DNA of 64,000 bases, taken from NCBI RefSeq assembly GCF_006345805.1, contig NW_021833232.1, positions 1-64,000 on the forward strand. The letters are read 5' to 3'. Below are positions 23,618 through 41,000 of the stretch, piece by piece; within the stretch, counting starts at the first letter, position 1, and every line of letters begins with the position of its first letter. The notes below the pieces were generated by a model that worked only from the letters and a program-made list of their open reading frames with translations, did not search any database and was not told where the DNA came from. Position numbers and translations under genes: made by a program. The DNA is from Octopus sinensis. Taxonomy: Eukaryota.

Positions 23618-23826
23618 GTTTTAAGTTTTGACACAATGCCAGCAATTTTGAGGGAGGAGCTAAGTCGATTACATCAACCCTAGGGTTCAACTGGTACTTG
23701 TTTTATCAACCCTGAAATGAGGAAAGCCAGTCAACCTTGGTGGAATTTGAACACAAAACGTAAAGACAACTGAAATACTGTTAAGCATTTTTACCGACAT
23801 TTTAATGATTCTGTCAGCTCACTGCC

Positions 23827-23858
<32 letters not shown>

Positions 23859-23995
23859 TCACTAGTACAACACTAAGTACAAAACCAAATATATGGCGCT
23901 CTAGACGTAACACCAACATGACTTCCAACTTGTCTCTTGAGGTCTCTGGGTGAGACTTGGAGCCAGCTTGTACAAATGTAAAGCGAAAGTCAAAC

Positions 23996-24044
<49 letters not shown>

Positions 24045-26611
24045 CCTTTCTACTGGAGGCATAGGGCCTCAAATTTGAGGTGCAGGGGACTAGTCAATTA
24101 CATCGACCCCAGTGTTTCACTGGTACTTAATTTATTGACCCCCAAAAGGATGAAAGGAAAAGTCAACCAAGGCTTCAAATTTTGGCTTGATTTATGGCTT
24201 GACTGTTCATTGCTGTTTAACCCTAGGTCAAAACTGATTAAAGAAAACAAAACTCAAAATACATCTGATCAAAATGATTCCAGCTATGACCTTCTCCCTA
24301 TACTGCATTTTTTATTCAGGCTATGTGTATCCAGGGCTACATTATCCAATGTGTCTTTTTTTGAAAGTGAGTTGATTGTAAACTGTTGTTTCTAGAAGAT
24401 GGTGGTGCTGGTGCTAGCAGTGGTGATGATGGTGATGATGATTGCATTGGTAGTGGTGGTGGTTGTTGTTGGTGGTGGTGGTGTTGGTGATGGTGGTGGT
24501 GGTGGTTGTTGTTGGTGGTGGTGGTGTTGGTGGTGATGGTAGTGGTGGTGGCATTGGTGATGGTGGTGGTGATGTTGATGATGGTGGCGGCGGTGGTGTT
24601 GGTGGTGATGTTGATGATGGTGGTGGCGTCGGTAATGGTGGTGGTGATGTTGATGATGTTGTTGTTGTTGTTGGTGGTGGTGGTGTTGGTGGTGATGGTA
24701 GTGGTGGTGGTGTCGGTGATGGTGGTGGTGATGTTGATGATGGTGGTGGTGGTGTGGTGGTGATGGTAGTGGTGGTGGTGTTGGTGATGGCGGTGATGAT
24801 GGGGTAGGGTTCTTAGGTAGATTGCATGACGTGTAAAGTATCATTAAAGGGGTAAGGTGTAGGAGAGAGATGGAGAGTGGGGGAGCAGATTAGTGCAACG
24901 TGGTGCAGGATGGTGCAGAGGGGCACTGAATGCAGCACATGGCGGCACAAGGTGGCATGCGGGGTTTAGTGTTAGAGGGGGTAAGCTAAAATTGAAACTG
25001 ATTTTTTCACATTACAACCCATATAAAGTGTGAAGAAAAGGAGGAGGAGGAGGTGGTGCAGAGTGGCAGTGATGATGATGATGATGATGGTGGTGATGGT
25101 GGTGATGGTGATGGTGTTTAGTGGTCTGTGGTGGTGGTAGTGGTAGTGGTAGTGGTGATGGCAGTGATGGTGGTTGTGGTGCTGGCGATGGTGGTGATGG
25201 TGGTAGTGGTGAGGGTATTGGTGGTGGTGGTGGTGGTGGTGGTTGTGGTGATGGTGTGATGGTGGTGATTGGTTTTGGTGGTGGTGGTTGGTGGTGGTGG
25301 TGGTTGTGATGGTTGTGGCGATGGTGGTGATGGTGGTAGTGGTGATGGTATTGGTTGGTGGTGGTGGTGGTGGTTGTGATGGTTGTGGTGGTGGTGGTGA
25401 TGGTGGTAGTGGTTGTGTTGTGTTGGTGGTTGGTGGTGGTTGTGATGGTTGTGGTGATGGTGTGATGGTGGTGATTGGTTGTGGTGGTGGTTGGTGGTGG
25501 TGGTTGGTGGTGGTGGTGGTTGGTGGTGGTGGTTGGCTGGTTGTGGTAGTGATGGTGGTGGTGGTGGTGATGATGGTGGTAGTGGCAGTGGTGGTGGTGG
25601 TGGTGGAGTGGTTGTTGTGGTTAGCAGCATTTTAGGGTAGCGTGGTTGAAACATTGTACAGGAGGAGAAAGAGGAGGAGGAGGAAGAGAATGTCAAATTC
25701 TCTTGTAATGTGAGGGGAGTGTGTGTGCATGTGTGTGTGGGTGTGTGGGGGTGGGGGTGTGGAAGGGGTTGGGGAGAGGCAGGGATGAGGCAGAGGATGT
25801 GCAAACAAATTCTCTCATTTCTGCAAGAACAAAATCCAAGAATCCATTCCATTCCATCTCCTCTGATCCCCCCCACACACACACGCCCCAGCACCCAAAG
25901 TCCTCCCCATGCACCTTTCTCCAAACACCTCACCCCGTCACCCCGCCACCATCATCACCACCATCGCCACCACCACCAACACCATCACCCTAAACAGAGA
26001 CAGAAAAGGCAAAAAGAAAATACAAATGAAAGACACGCACACACACACACATACACACAGACATATACATGTGCACACATACATGCATATACACACACAC
26101 ATATACACACATACATACACACACATGCACACACGTATATACACGTCCACCTACCTCATCTCTGACTAGTGCCGACACAGAGATTTCTCTTTGGTTTGTC
26201 TTAAAAATGGTATTGCCCATACCAGCATCATCATCATCATTGTCATCATCATCATCGTCATCGTCGTCGTCATCATTGTCATCATCATCATCATCGTCAT
26301 CATCCTCATCATTATCATCATCATCATCATCATTGTCATCATCATCATCATCATCATCATTGTCATCATCATCATCATTGTCATCATCATCCTCATCATT
26401 TCATCATCATTATCATCATCATCATCATTGTCATCATCATTATCATCACCATCATCGTCATAATCCTTTTTCTCTCCCTCTCCCTTCTCTCCGTGTAAAT
26501 ATATATACATGATAGATTTCTGAGTGGACATATGCATATGTGTGTATGTATTCATGTATGTATATATATATACATATATATGTGTGTGTGTGTGCATGTG
26601 CGTGTATGTGT

Positions 26612-26642
<31 letters not shown>

Positions 26643-26646
<4 letters not shown>

Positions 26647-26863
26647 CTTTACTACCCACAAGGGGCTAAATACAGAGGGGACAAACGAGGACAGACAAAT
26701 GGATTAAGTCGATTATATCGACCCCAGTGCGTAACTGGTACTTAATTTATCGACCCCGAAAGGATGAAAGGCAAAGTTGACCTTGGTGGAATTTGAACTC
26801 AGAACGTAATGACAGACGAAATACGGCTACACATTTTGCCCGGCATGCTAACGTTTCTGCCAG

Positions 26864-26864
<1 letters not shown>
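26643..26864 (-). mobile_element. SINE family C
   Basis: Reverse complement of 958-1158. Confidence 0.8.
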
Positions 26865-26898
<34 letters not shown>

Positions 26899-27312
26899 CT
26901 TTTACTTGTTTCAGTCATTAGACTATGGCCATGCTGAGGCACTGCCTTGAATTTTTAGTCGAATGAATCGACCCCAGTACTTATTTTTTGAAAGCCTGGT
27001 ACTCATTCTATCAGTCTCTTTTGCCGAACCCCTAAAATACAGGGACACAAACGCACCAACACTGGTTGTCAAATGATGGTGGTGGGACAAACACAGACAC
27101 AAAGATAAACACATAAACACATCATATACATGTATATATATACATATACGACGGGCTACTTTCAGTTTCCATTTCTGAAATCTACTCGCAAGGCTTTGGT
27201 GAGCCTGAAGCTATATTGAAAGAGACTTGCCCAAGGTGCCATGCAGTGTGACTGAACCCAGAACCATAGAATTGAGAAGCAAGCTTCTTACCACACAACT
27301 GAACCTGTGCCT
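26899..27312 (-). mobile_element. SINE family A
   Basis: Full-length, diverged copy. Confidence 0.8.
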
Positions 27313-27326
27313 ATATATATATATAC

Positions 27327-27376
<50 letters not shown>

Positions 27377-27387
27377 GATATATATGA

Positions 27388-27425
<38 letters not shown>

Positions 27426-27585
27426 ATATACTATATATCTATATATATATCATATATATATCTATATATACGATAATACATATATACATATATCATATAT
27501 ATACATTTATATATATACACAACACACATATATATATATATAAACATATATATTATATATATATAATATATATATATATATAATA

Positions 27586-27629
<44 letters not shown>

Positions 27630-27668
27630 CATACATATATATACATATATATGTATGTATATTTGTAT

Positions 27669-27708
<40 letters not shown>

Positions 27709-27860
27709 TATGTATATTTTATGTATATATATAATATATATCTATGATATATATATATATATATATATTGATAAAACGGTAAGATAAACAAAGAAAGAAA
27801 GAGACCTCAATATTATGTAAATAGAGGAAATTTATCTATACAATATGTTACATTACTCGG

Positions 27861-27934
27861 TAGTCAAGATAAAACTCTGAGTTTCAGATGCCGAAGTGGA
27901 AATCCACAACACCATCTCTTCGGTTATCTGGCTA
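27861..27934 (-). ncRNA. Variant hammerhead-like motif in the left arm of a foldback
   Basis: Exact reverse complement of 28441-28514. Confidence 0.5.
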
Positions 27935-28440
27935 TTTGAAACGTTATGAAAAAATACCGTTAAAAATGAAGGGAAATTACTCTGTTATACTCTGCTTTGC
28001 CTGTGTACTTATACATCGCTCGCATTTTTCGTCATAAAAATTATATAAAAATACATAAAAATATATAAAAATATAAAAAATATACAATAAAATCTTCTTG
28101 GGACATAACACAGAAAGCATGTTCTATATCCGTTTTCTTTAGGGACCAAAAACGTAACAGAAATTTAGTCACATGTCTAAATACAAGGACAGAGTTTTTC
28201 GGATCATGCCCACATGTGACTAATTTCTGTTACGTTTTTGGTCCCCTAAAGAACACGGATAGAACATGCTTTCTGGGTTATGTCCCAAGAAGATTTTATA
28301 TATTTTTATATATTTTTTATGTATTTTTATATAATTTTATGACGAAAAATGCGAGCGATGTATAAGTACACAGGCAAAGCAGAGTTATAACAGAGTAATT
28401 TCCCTTCATTTTTAACGGTATTTTTTCATAACATTTTCAA

Positions 28441-28514
28441 TAGCCAGATAACCGAAGAGATGGTGTTGTGGATTTCCACTTCGGCATCTGAAACTCAGAG
28501 TTTTATCTTGACTA
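28441..28514 (+). ncRNA. Variant hammerhead-like motif in the right arm of a foldback
   Basis: TAGCCAGATAA-CCGAAGA-GATG...CATC-T-GAAA-CTCAGAG-T-T-TTATCTTGACTA. Long stem I, extended stem II, stem III ACTC-A-GAGT. Deviations are U4C, an extra U before GAAA and a GUU triplet. Confidence 0.5.
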
Positions 28515-28646
28515 CCGAGTAATGTAACAATTGTATATATAATATATAGATATATATATATATATATATAATCTTATTTATTAGGGAATAAAAATTCCGG
28601 CATAACAGGGGTTCAAATTATTCTCAATGAAGAAATATATATTTTT

Positions 28647-28851
28647 TTATTTAGAGATAGTAGGCCCCTTCATCTCACCATATAAAAAATAATTTTTATT
28701 TTAGATACCTACTATCTTATAACTTGGCTACATGTGTTGGCTACATGTACCTCATGAAACATGTGTAGCCAAGTTATAAAATAGTAGGTATTTAAAATAA
28801 AAATTCTTTTTTATATGGTGAGATGAAGGGGCCTAACGATCTCTAAATAAA
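28647..28851. repeat. Second foldback with ~85-bp inverted arms
   Basis: ttatttagagat.gtaggccccttcatctcaccatataaaaa...ttggcta (28647-28730) is inverted at 28766-28851. Confidence 0.8.
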
Positions 28852-28911
28852 ATATATCATCATCATCATCATCATATATATTTATATTTGTGTGTGTGTG
28901 TGATATATATA

Positions 28912-29745
28912 CATTTTACTTGTTTTAGTTATTAGACTGCAGCCATGCTGGAGCACTGCTTTGAAGAAAAAGTCTGGTACTTATTGTGTCAGGCTCTTTT
29001 GCCAAACTGCTAAGTTACAGGAACATAAACACACCAACACTGGTTATCAAGTGGTGATGCAGGACAAACAGTCACAGAGGCACATGCATACATCTATACT
29101 CTGTTACTTGGTTCAGTCATTTGACTGTGGCCATGCTGGAGCACCACCTTTAGTCGAGGAAATCGACATCGGGGCTTATTCTTTGTAAGCCTAATACTTA
29201 TTCTATCAGTCTCTTTTGCTGAACCGTTAAGTTACGGGGACAGAAACATACCAGCATCGGTTGTCAAGTGATGTTGGGGGGACAAACACACACACACACA
29301 TACATATATATATATACATATACATATATACGACGGGCTTCTTTAAGGCGTAGGAGTGGCTGTGTGGTAAGTAGCTTGTTTATGAACCACATGGTTCTGG
29401 GTTCAGTCCCACTGCATGGCACGTTGGGCAAGTGTCTTCTACTATAGCCTCGGGTTGACCGAAGCCTTGTGAGTGGATTTGGTAGACGGAAACTGATAGA
29501 AGCCTGTCGTATATATGTATATATATATATATATATATGTGTGTGTTTGTGTGTCTGTGTTTGTCCCCCTAGCATTGCTTGACAACCGATGCTGATGTGT
29601 TTACGTCCCCGTCACTTAGCGGTTCGGCAAAAGCGACCGATAGAATAAGTACTAGGCTTACAAAGAATAAGTCCTGGGGTTGATTTGCTCGACTAAAGGC
29701 AGTGCTCCGGCATGGCCACAGTCAAATGACTGAAACAAGTAAAAT
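28912..29745. mobile_element. Cluster of three SINE A copies: two partial on -, one full-length on + at ~29345-29745
   Basis: Junction tacgacgggcttcttt|aaggcgtaggagtggctg at ~29345. Confidence 0.8.
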
Positions 29746-29999
29746 AGTAGTAGTATAGTTATTTACAGCATCTAACTGTTAAATAAAATTATGGATGTGA
29801 AAAATCTCTGTTCTTATTATTAATACTATATATATATATGTATGGTGTGTGTGTGTGTGTATGTATGTATCACACATCTGCTGAAAACTATGTCCAATGA
29901 AGAATTCATGTATTAATCTCTTAAATTCTCATTGAAATGACATCTAACAAGAACATAAAAGAAAAGCAACTCCATTAGTTTTGTCTCTTGTTTTACCAA

Positions 30000-31120
30000 T
30001 TCCGTCTTGGATATCCTTCCTTATTCTTTGTCTTCTTTTTCCTTTCTAATTCTATTTTCATTCTTCCTTTCATTTCTCATTCTTAAATTCTTTCATTTTT
30101 ATTGGTTTTTCCTTCTGTTGTTTCCCTTCTTTTTTTTTTCAGCAGGGGATGAGTAGTCATTGTTCTATGTTCCTTATTCCTTCATTCTTTTGGTTTTCAT
30201 TTTCCATTCCTTAATTCTACCATTTAAACCTTTGAATTAATCAGCGTTTTTCTCTTCTTGAATTCTTCATTTTTCATTCTCCTATTCTTGTGTCTTCAAT
30301 CCTTCATTCCTTATTCCTTAATACTTCATTTTTTGAGTCTGTAATTCTTTCAGTTTCCATCCCTCGATTCTACCATTATATATTCTTCATATCTTCATTT
30401 GCTTTTCTTGAAGTCATCATTTCTCATTCTCTAATTCTTCATTATTCTTCAGTTCCCATCATTTTTATTCCTCAAGTCTCAATCATACTTAAATTCTTCA
30501 TTGCTCATTCTTTCAACCTTTATTCAATTCTTATTTTATTCTTCATTCTTCAGGACTTCGTAATTCCTTCTTTAATTTTATTTTCATTTTTCAATATATA
30601 ATTCTATTTTTTCAATTTTTTCAATTCTTCAATTCTTTTTTTTTATTTAAATATTATTCTTCAACTTCCCAATTCTTTGTTTGCCATTTTCTAATTTTTT
30701 TATTCTATTCTTCAAATCTTTAATTCTTTGTTCTTAAATTCTCCAACTATATTCTGAAGTTTTTCTTTTTCCACTCTTCATTCTCAAATTCTGCAATTTT
30801 TATTCTTCAATTTTCATTCCCCATTTTTCATATTCTTCAACATTTATTCTTCAATTTTTCACTTCTTCATTCTCAAATTCTTCAAATTTTATTCTTCCAA
30901 TTCTCATGCTGAAGTTTTTCAACTTTTATTCTTTAGTCCTTCAATTCTTCAAATCTTCAATTCTTCCTTCTCAAATTCTTCACTTTATCTTCAATTCTTC
31001 ATTCTCAAATTTTACAACATTGCCATTCTTGAAATCTCAGTTCTTCCTTATCAAATTCTTCAACTTTCATTCTTAAATTTTTCAAGTTTTGTTTCTCAAA
31101 TCTTCAATTCTTCTTTCTTA
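30000..31120 (+). repeat. Degenerate pyrimidine-rich TTCTTCA(A/T) satellite
   Basis: Recurring ttcttcaa, ttcttcat and tctcaaattct units. Confidence 0.75.
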
Positions 31121-31122
31121 AA

Positions 31123-31353
31123 CTCTTTTACTTGTTTCAGTCATTTGATTGTGGCCATGCTGGAGCACTGCCTTTAGTCAAGCAAATCGACCCCAGGACT
31201 TATTCTTTGTAAGCCTAGTACTTATTCTATCGGTCTCTTTTGCCAAACCATTAAGTTACGGGGACAGAAACATATCAGCATCGGTTGTCAAGTGATGTTG
31301 GGGGGACAAACACAGATACACAAGCACATACACACATACATATACATATATAT

Positions 31354-31385
<32 letters not shown>

Positions 31386-31762
31386 TTAACGTACGTTTTC
31401 TACGCTAGCATGGATTGGACGGTTTAACCGGGGTCTGGAAGCCATGGAGGCTGCACCAGGCTCTAGTCTGTTTGGCAGTGTTTCTACAGCTGGATGCCCT
31501 TCCTAACGCCAACCACTCCATGAGTGTAGTGGGTGGGTGTTTTTTACGTGCCACCGGCACAGGGGCCAGAGCAGGCTGGCAAACGGCCATGATCGGTTGG
31601 TGCTTTTACGTGTCACCGACACGGATGCCAGCCAGGCGGCACTGGCATCTGCCACTTCCTGATGGTGCTTTTTACGTGTCTATATATATATATATGTACA
31701 TATATATATTTATGTGCATATATACGACATATTATATATATATATATGTACATATAAACAAC

Positions 31763-31823
<61 letters not shown>

Positions 31824-31921
31824 ATATATATATATGTACATATATAATATATGACATATATACGACATATATATATATGTACATGTAAACGACATATATA
31901 TATATATATATACATGTAAAC

Positions 31922-31958
<37 letters not shown>

Positions 31959-32348
31959 CCCCGCCTGGCACCTGTGCAGGTGGCACGTAAAAAGCACCCA
32001 CTACACTCACAGAGTGGTTGGCGTTAGGAAGGGCATCCAGCTGTAGAAACATTGCCAAATTAGACTGGAGCCTGGTGCAGCCTTCTGGCTTCCCAGAACC
32101 CCGGTCGAACCGTCCAACCCATGCTAGCATGGAGAACGGACGTTAAACGACTATGATGATGATGATGATATATATGTACATATATACGACAGGCTTCTTT
32201 TAGTTTCCGTCTACTAAATCCACTCACAAGCCTTTGGCCGGCCCGATGTTATAGAAAAAGACACTCGCCCAAGGTGCCACGCAATGGGACTGAACCCAGA
32301 ACCATGTGGTTGGTGAGCAAGCTACTTACCACAGAGCCACTCCTATGC
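31123..32348 (-). mobile_element. SINE A split at its internal microsatellite by two inverted family-B elements (31356-31680 and 31958-32168)
   Basis: The 3' half is at 31123-31355 and the 5' half at 32170-32348, with B copies and (TA)n between them. Confidence 0.8.
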
Positions 32349-32912
32349 CCCTTCGATATTTATTCATCTTCTCTTCCTTTTCCATTCCAAACTTCTTCCC
32401 CCATTCTTTGAGTTTTCCTGTCTTTTACATCGCATTCTTCCCAAAGACAGGAAGATGTTTGCAGAGTTGTTTAAATGTGGAGTAGGGGGTGGATACCAAC
32501 GGACAGAACCAGGTGGATCATGTGAGTATATATGTGTACATGCATGTCCACACGGGTACAAAGGGGTGGGGCACAAGGGAAAGCTATTTGTCTTTTTTTT
32601 CTGTAGTTTATATATATTTGTTTTTTTTATATATAACTACATGCTTGTGTATTTATTTATGTTTGTTTGTATATGTAAATGTATCAGTGTATTCATGAGT
32701 GTATAATGTGTGTATATATGTGTGTGTGTGTATGAATGTATGTATTTATGTATATGTAGTCAGGTGTATATATATATTTGCATAGGTGTGTGTGTGTGTG
32801 TGTATGTTTGTGATTGTGTGTCAATGTATGAATTTAGGCGTGTGTGCAGTTAAGGGTCTATGTGTGTATATGTTTATGTATATCTGTCTGTGTATGGCTG
32901 TAAGTGTGGGTG

Positions 32913-32956
<44 letters not shown>

Positions 32957-33930
32957 CACATGGTTCTGTTGTGTATGCTTGTACAAATAGGTTCCTGTAT
33001 GAGTCTATATATATAAGTGTATAGATTTTTTGTGTGTGTGTATTAAGGTGTGTGTCTGTATGTGTATGCATGTATGTATGTATATATATATATCTATGTA
33101 ACTATATTAATATGTATATATATATATGTATATATGTATATATATATATATATGTATGTGTATATATATATGTGTGTGTGTGTGTATATACACCCACATG
33201 TGATTATGCATGCGTCTATACAGATTTAAGCATATATATATATGTATATATATATGTGTGTGTGTGTGTGTGCATGTCCGTGTGTGTACACGTGTGTTTA
33301 TGCATATATTTGTAAGATTATGTTTATACACGTATATGTATATCCGTGTGTGTGTGTATGTGTGTATACCCTTAACTGCAAAGACTATAATTTAATGGGT
33401 AATTTCATTCAGACACCACCACCAAACCACCACCACCACCACCACCACTACCACTACCACCACCACCATCACAGCCACCACTCACCTTGCCCAGTCTTCC
33501 AACCACCATCCTACCCCCCTCCCCATTCTCCCCCTCTTTCTCTGTCTGGTTTTAGTTTAATTTTTTCATCTTTTATTTTCTATTTTTTTGTTTTTTACTC
33601 CTAAAGAATATAATTTTACATGGAAATTGTTTCCAGTCTCTTTCACACGCCCCTCTCTCTCTCTCTCTCTCTCTTTTTCTCTCCATCTCTTACACATACA
33701 CTCTCACTCTGTCCCCCCCTCTCTCTCTCTCTCTCACTCTCTTTCCCTCACTCCTACACATATACTCTCTCTGCCTTTCTCACTATCTCTCGCTTTCTCT
33801 CTTTCTCTTGCTCTTACTCTCACTTGCTGAATTTCTCATTACCTCCCCTTTTCTTGCTATATATATATATATACTGTCTATCTCATCCTTCCCTCTATCT
33901 AATCTAGCGGTCTGTCTGTCTATCTATCTA

Positions 33931-33970
<40 letters not shown>

Positions 33971-34076
33971 CTACCTATCCATTTATCTATACACACACAC
34001 ACACAATCTATCTTGTTAATCTGATACTTCCCTCTAACTAATCTAGCTATCTGTCTGTCTATCTATTATCTATCTG

Positions 34077-34139
<63 letters not shown>

Positions 34140-34155
34140 ATCTATTATCTATCTG

Positions 34156-34214
<59 letters not shown>

Positions 34215-34239
34215 GTCTATCTATCTATCTATATCTATC

Positions 34240-37980
<3,741 letters not shown>

Positions 37981-38059
37981 GTGTTGACATACACAGGGAC
38001 ATGTACATATGTATAAAGACATGCACACATATATACACACACATCTGCACACTACACTA

Positions 38060-41000
38060 CATGCAGAAACTCATACACAAACATACATGTATATACACAT
38101 ACATATATACACACATACATACAACACACACACAGACATGTATACAGTACACAATACAAACACGTATATATATACAATGCACATGTATATACATACACAC
38201 ACACACTTCACACGCATACATGTATATACACACTCACATACATGTATACAGTAACAACATACAAACGTATATATATACGATGCACATGTATATACATACA
38301 CACAACCCACTTCACACGCATACATGTATATACACACCACAGACATGTATACAGTACACAATACAAACACGTATATATATACAATGCACATGTATATAAT
38401 ACACACACTTCACACACACGCATACATGTATATACACACTCACATACATGTATACAGTACACAATACAACACGTTATATATATACAATGCACATGTATAT
38501 ACATACACACACACACTTCACACACATACATGTATATACACACTCACATACATGTATACAGTACACAATACAAACACGTATATATATATACAATGCACAT
38601 GTATATACATACACACACACACTTCGCATGCATACATGTATATACACATACACAGACATGTATACAGTACACAATACAAACACGTAAATATATATATATA
38701 CATGCACATGTATATACACACACACAGATATGTATACAGTACACAATACCAACACGTATATATATATACAATGCACATGTATATACAGACACACACACAC
38801 TTCATTCACACGCATACATGAATATACACACACTCACATACATGTATACAGTACACACTACAAACACGTATATATATCCACAATGCACATATATACATAC
38901 AACACACACACTTCACACGGATACATGTATATACACATCACATACATGTATACAGTACACAACACACGTATATATATACAATGCACATGTATATACATAC
39001 ACACACAACACTTCACACGCATACATGTATATACACACACACAGACATGTATACAGTACACAATACAAACACGTATATATATACAATGCAACATGTATAT
39101 ACATATACACAAACACTTCACACGCATACATGTATATACACACACACATACATGTATACAGTACACAATACAAACACGTATATATATATACAATGCACAT
39201 GTATACCACACACACAGACATGTATAAACATTACCAATACAAACGTATTATATATACAATGCACATGTATACATACCTACACACACACACTTCACACGCA
39301 TACATGTATATACACACACACAGACATGTATACAGTACACAATACAAAAACACGTTATATATATATACAATGCACTTATCGTATACAACACACACCGACA
39401 TGTATACAGTACACAATACAAACACGTATCTATATACAATGCACATGTATATACATACACACACACACTTCACACGCATACATGTATATACACACACACA
39501 GACATGTATACAGTACACAATACAAACACGTATATATATATACAATGCACAAGTATATACACACACACAGACATGTATACAGTACACAATACAAACACGT
39601 ATCTATATACAATGCACATGTATATACATACACACACACACTTCACACGCATACATGTATATACACACACACAGACATGTATACAGTACACAATACAAAC
39701 ACGTATATATATATACAATGCACATGTATATACACACACACAGACATGTATACAGTACACAATACAAACACGTATATATATATACAATGCACATGTATAT
39801 ACAAACACACAGACATGTATACAGTACACAATACAAACACGTATATATATATACAATGCACATGTATATACATACACACACACACTTCACACGCATACAT
39901 GTATATACACACACACAGACATGTATACAGTACACAATACAAACACGTATATATATATATATACAATGCACATGTATATACATACACACACACACTTCAC
40001 ACGCATACATGTATATACACACTCACATACATGTATACAGTACACAATACAAACACGTATATATATACACAATGCACATGTATATACATACACACACACA
40101 CTTCACACGCATACATGTATATACACACTCACATACATGTATACAGTACACAATACAAACACGTATATATATACACAATGCACATGTATATACATACACA
40201 CACACACTTCACACGCATACATGTATATACACACTCACATACATGTATACAGTACACAATACAAACCACGTATATAATACACAATGCACATGTATATACA
40301 TACACACACACACTTCACACGCATACATGTATATACACACTCACATACATGTATACAGTACACAATACAAACACGTATATATAACACAATGCACATGTCT
40401 ATACATACACACACCACTTCACACGCATACATGTATATACACACTCACATACATGTATACAGTACACAATACAAACACGTATATATATACACAATGCCAC
40501 ATGTATAACATACACCACACACACTTCACACACATACATGTATATACACACTCACATACATGTATACAGTACGCAATACAAACACGTATATATATACACA
40601 ATGCACACATATATATACATACACACACACACTTCACACGCATACATGTATATACACACTCACATACATGTATACGGTACACAATACAAACACGTATATA
40701 TATACACAATGCACATGTATATACATACACACACACACTTCACACACATACATGTATATACACACTCACATACATGTATACAGTACACAATACAAACACG
40801 TATATATATACACAATGCACATGTATATACATACACACACACACTTCACACGCATACATGTATATACACACTCACATACATGTATACAGTACACAATACA
40901 AACAGTTATATATATACACAATGCACATGTATATACATACACACACACACTTCACACACATACATGTATATACACACTCACATACATGTATACAGTACAC

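Larger units (their letters stand above)
27837..28537. mobile_element. Foldback element with ~330-bp inverted arms, probably Penelope-like-derived, inserted in (TA)n
   Basis: 27837-28176 is the reverse complement of 28212-28537 with few indels. The spacer is 35 bp and the flanks are TA microsatellite. Confidence 0.75.
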
